A stretch of DNA of 42,430 bases from a virus, in IMG/VR virus record IMGVR_UViG_3300031578_000123, positions 1 to 42,430 of that record; one strand, written 5' to 3'. The notes under the pieces are model-generated. The model was not told the DNA's origin and ran no database searches. It saw nothing but the letters and a program-made list of their open reading frames with translations. Positions 40,539-42,430 of the stretch are shown one piece after another (within the stretch, counting starts at the first letter, position 1; the number at the start of each line of letters is the position of its first letter). The translations under genes were made by a program, and so were the position numbers.

Positions 40539-41009
40539 ATGAGGACAATTACCAAAACGGACAAAGCCTATGCAGCAGGTATCCTGGATGGAGAAGGCAA
40601 TACTGGTATTTATAAGATGGTTAGAAACACTAAATATAGCAATCATCCTATATATAGGTTAATTGTTGGTATATCTAATACAAATAAAGAAGTAATACAA
40701 TGGTTAACTGAGACATTTGATTGCTGTCATCCAACGCTTAGGTATCCAAAGACGGTTGATGGGAATAAACCTATATATATGGTTAGATTTCAGGACTTAA
40801 ATGCTATTGCATTTTTGGATATAGTTAAGGATTATGTAATAATAAAGAGGTTGCAGGTGGCATTAGCATTGGGTTTTGGTGAATTTCAAAGTGAGCACAA
40901 TTATAAGGGTAATAACAAAGTTCCAGAATGGGTCATGTGCAGACGGGAGGGTTTTTATCAATCATCCAGATTCTTTAATCAGGTAGGAGTGAACCATGAG
41001 AGTGATTAG
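40539..41009 (+). CDS. Free-standing LAGLIDADG homing endonuclease (second copy, diverged paralog)
   Basis: KAYAAGILDGEGNTG motif; 156 aa; AT-rich relative to its neighbours; overlaps the downstream start by 14 nt. Confidence 0.85.
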   Translation: MRTITKTDKAYAAGILDGEGNTGIYKMVRNTKYSNHPIYRLIVGISNTNKEVIQWLTETFDCCHPTLRYPKTVDGNKPIYMVRFQDLNAIAFLDIVKDYVIIKRLQVALALGFGEFQSEHNYKGNNKVPEWVMCRREGFYQSSRFFNQVGVNHESD

Positions 41010-42003
41010 TTCCGCCCTAAAGGCAGCCCAACAGGCTACCTCTGTGTTGCCATATATCCACATATACCTTACCTGCAATGATGGCAATGTATATGACTAT
41101 ACCAATAGGCTCATCCAACTAGAACACCATGAAGAACCCTACAACGATTGGGCTAATATATTCCTTTATGACAATGATAGAGGTATAGCTGACCTCAGAG
41201 GTTGCTGGCTAGAAATAGGCTACGGAGCTTACGGCTCTGCTGGTCCTGAGTATTCCGATACACCTAGATTGTGGGTTAAGTGGACTCAACTCCTATCCAG
41301 AGAAGGAGATTTATTTATGATGCTGCATTGTGAAGGAGCCTGGTCCAGCATGGGTGAAATTGACATAGTCACCAAAGGTTCACCACCCCATTATGACGGT
41401 CAATATGAGGAGACCTATACCATTTATGATACTATAAAGGATATAATGGCAGCTTGTGGATGTACCCTCAATCCATTGGATAGTGGTCAGGATGATAGCA
41501 TAATTGATACCTTATGCCCACAGGTTTGGCTGAACCAAAGCCCATTTGAGAATCCTGCTGAGGTCATATACCGCTTGATAGCAATGACCAAATGCTTCAT
41601 CAGACCACTAACCAATATGCAGTTTGAGATAAGGTTCCCACAGGATTCGGATTCCAATGATGAAAACTATTGTTATAATTCCCCTCATTACTTCCACGAA
41701 TATGTAGAAGTAAGGAAGATAAACATACCTAACCACATTGTGGTGTATGCTAATCCTGGTGAAGATGAGGAATGGACTAATATGATAACTGCCGAATCTG
41801 AGGATGAAGCTACCATTAACAAGTATAAGTGTGTGACCAGACACCACATAGCTATGGACATAGACAATCCTAGTGATGCTGGTAACAGAGCCTCAGCTAT
41901 CCTAACCAGAATAATGTTTGAGGAGTTATCTGGTAGATTGATAATCCCCCATGATTGTAGTGTGGAATTGTATGATAGGGTCGGGATATATGATGAGAGG
42001 TAA
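40996..42003 (+). CDS. Structural (tail) protein, function unknown
   Basis: 335-aa ORF with GGTAGGAGTGAACC RBS. Confidence 0.65.
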   Translation: MRVISSALKAAQQATSVLPYIHIYLTCNDGNVYDYTNRLIQLEHHEEPYNDWANIFLYDNDRGIADLRGCWLEIGYGAYGSAGPEYSDTPRLWVKWTQLLSREGDLFMMLHCEGAWSSMGEIDIVTKGSPPHYDGQYEETYTIYDTIKDIMAACGCTLNPLDSGQDDSIIDTLCPQVWLNQSPFENPAEVIYRLIAMTKCFIRPLTNMQFEIRFPQDSDSNDENYCYNSPHYFHEYVEVRKINIPNHIVVYANPGEDEEWTNMITAESEDEATINKYKCVTRHHIAMDIDNPSDAGNRASAILTRIMFEELSGRLIIPHDCSVELYDRVGIYDER

Positions 42004-42005
42004 CA

Positions 42006-42430
42006 ATGTCCGAGTATAACGAAATACCAATACATTATAGAAGCTATGCAGCAAACCCAGCCGCAGGTCGTACATGGGATAATGTTTGGAGTGCTCCTAC
42101 CGCTGACCCTGGAATAAATGAGGAATCACTTAGGTGTGAAATCCAAACTTACAGTAGTGCAACTGGATTTTGGTTGTTTCGTAGTTTCTTAGTATGGGAT
42201 ACCTCATCCATACCCTCTGATGCTATAATTACCGCTGCGGAGATACTGGCTTATGTTGTTCCTACAGGTGGTATCAGGAATGATTACGGTTCCTCCATAG
42301 CATTGGATGTATTGTATGGTGCTTCGGCATACCCACACTATCCGATAGTCCCTGCTGATTATAGCAAATCCCACTATGCTTTGATAATCGGCAATGCTGC
42401 TATACCCACAACTGCTAGTGGTGAGTGGGT
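42006..42430 (+). CDS. 5' part of the junction-spanning structural gene (continues at 128..557 in unique coordinates)
   Basis: ATG at 42006 after GAGAGGTAACA; open to the window end; in frame with 9..557. Confidence 0.75.
   Translation, partial: MSEYNEIPIHYRSYAANPAAGRTWDNVWSAPTADPGINEESLRCEIQTYSSATGFWLFRSFLVWDTSSIPSDAIITAAEILAYVVPTGGIRNDYGSSIALDVLYGASAYPHYPIVPADYSKSHYALIIGNAAIPTTASGEW
42304..42430. repeat. Second copy of the 127-bp terminal overlap
   Basis: Identical to 1-127. Confidence 0.95.

Overview
The window is a complete, circularly closed dsDNA phage genome. Bases 1-127 are identical to 42304-42430, so the unique length is 42,303 bp and one structural gene spans the linearisation point.

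Layout:
- A + strand block runs from about 22.77 kb through the junction to 5.36 kb. It holds small regulatory and membrane proteins, tail-fibre-like genes, TerL, portal, a 1,893-aa giant ORF, scaffold, major capsid protein and tail or fibre paralogs. Two free-standing LAGLIDADG homing endonuclease genes also sit in it.
- A - strand early block (5.43-20.56 kb) encodes a family A DNA polymerase, an orphan (S)PPY DNA methyltransferase, an ERCC4/HhH nuclease-like gene, a Sak4-like ATPase, a Cas4-like Fe-S nuclease, a RepA/AAA_25-like ATPase and many small ORFs.
- A dense control region lies at 20.6-22.8 kb.

Nearly all genes have GGAGG-type ribosome binding sites (RBS), and many are ATGA/TAATG-coupled. 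Consensus sigma-A-type promoters, some with an extended TGn -10, GAAC-N4-GTTC-like boxes and a Cse60-like micro-protein suggest a Bacillota host (inference).

I could not recognise an integrase, endolysin, primase, RNA polymerase, tRNA, tail tube, sheath or tape-measure gene. That fits a podovirus-like virion (inference).

Most notable non-standard signals:
1. A 441-nt ORF-free, GC-rich, helix-rich segment inside the early operon (candidate structured ncRNA or leader).
2. A dispersed, orientation-locked decamer TTGACATAAT arrayed in five intergenic loci, next to 14-bp AGAACATnTG.. boxes.
3. An AT-rich PD-(D/E)XK gene bracketed by 28-bp inverted repeats.
4. A homing endonuclease whose C-terminus duplicates the C-terminus of the structural gene upstream of it.
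5. A UUU-UGA +1 frameshift configuration at the start of the ERCC4-like gene.
6. A GC-rich promoter-to-terminator moron flanked by inverted operator-like boxes.
7. The giant ORF between portal and scaffold.

All family assignments come from motif recognition by eye and need HMM or structure searches.
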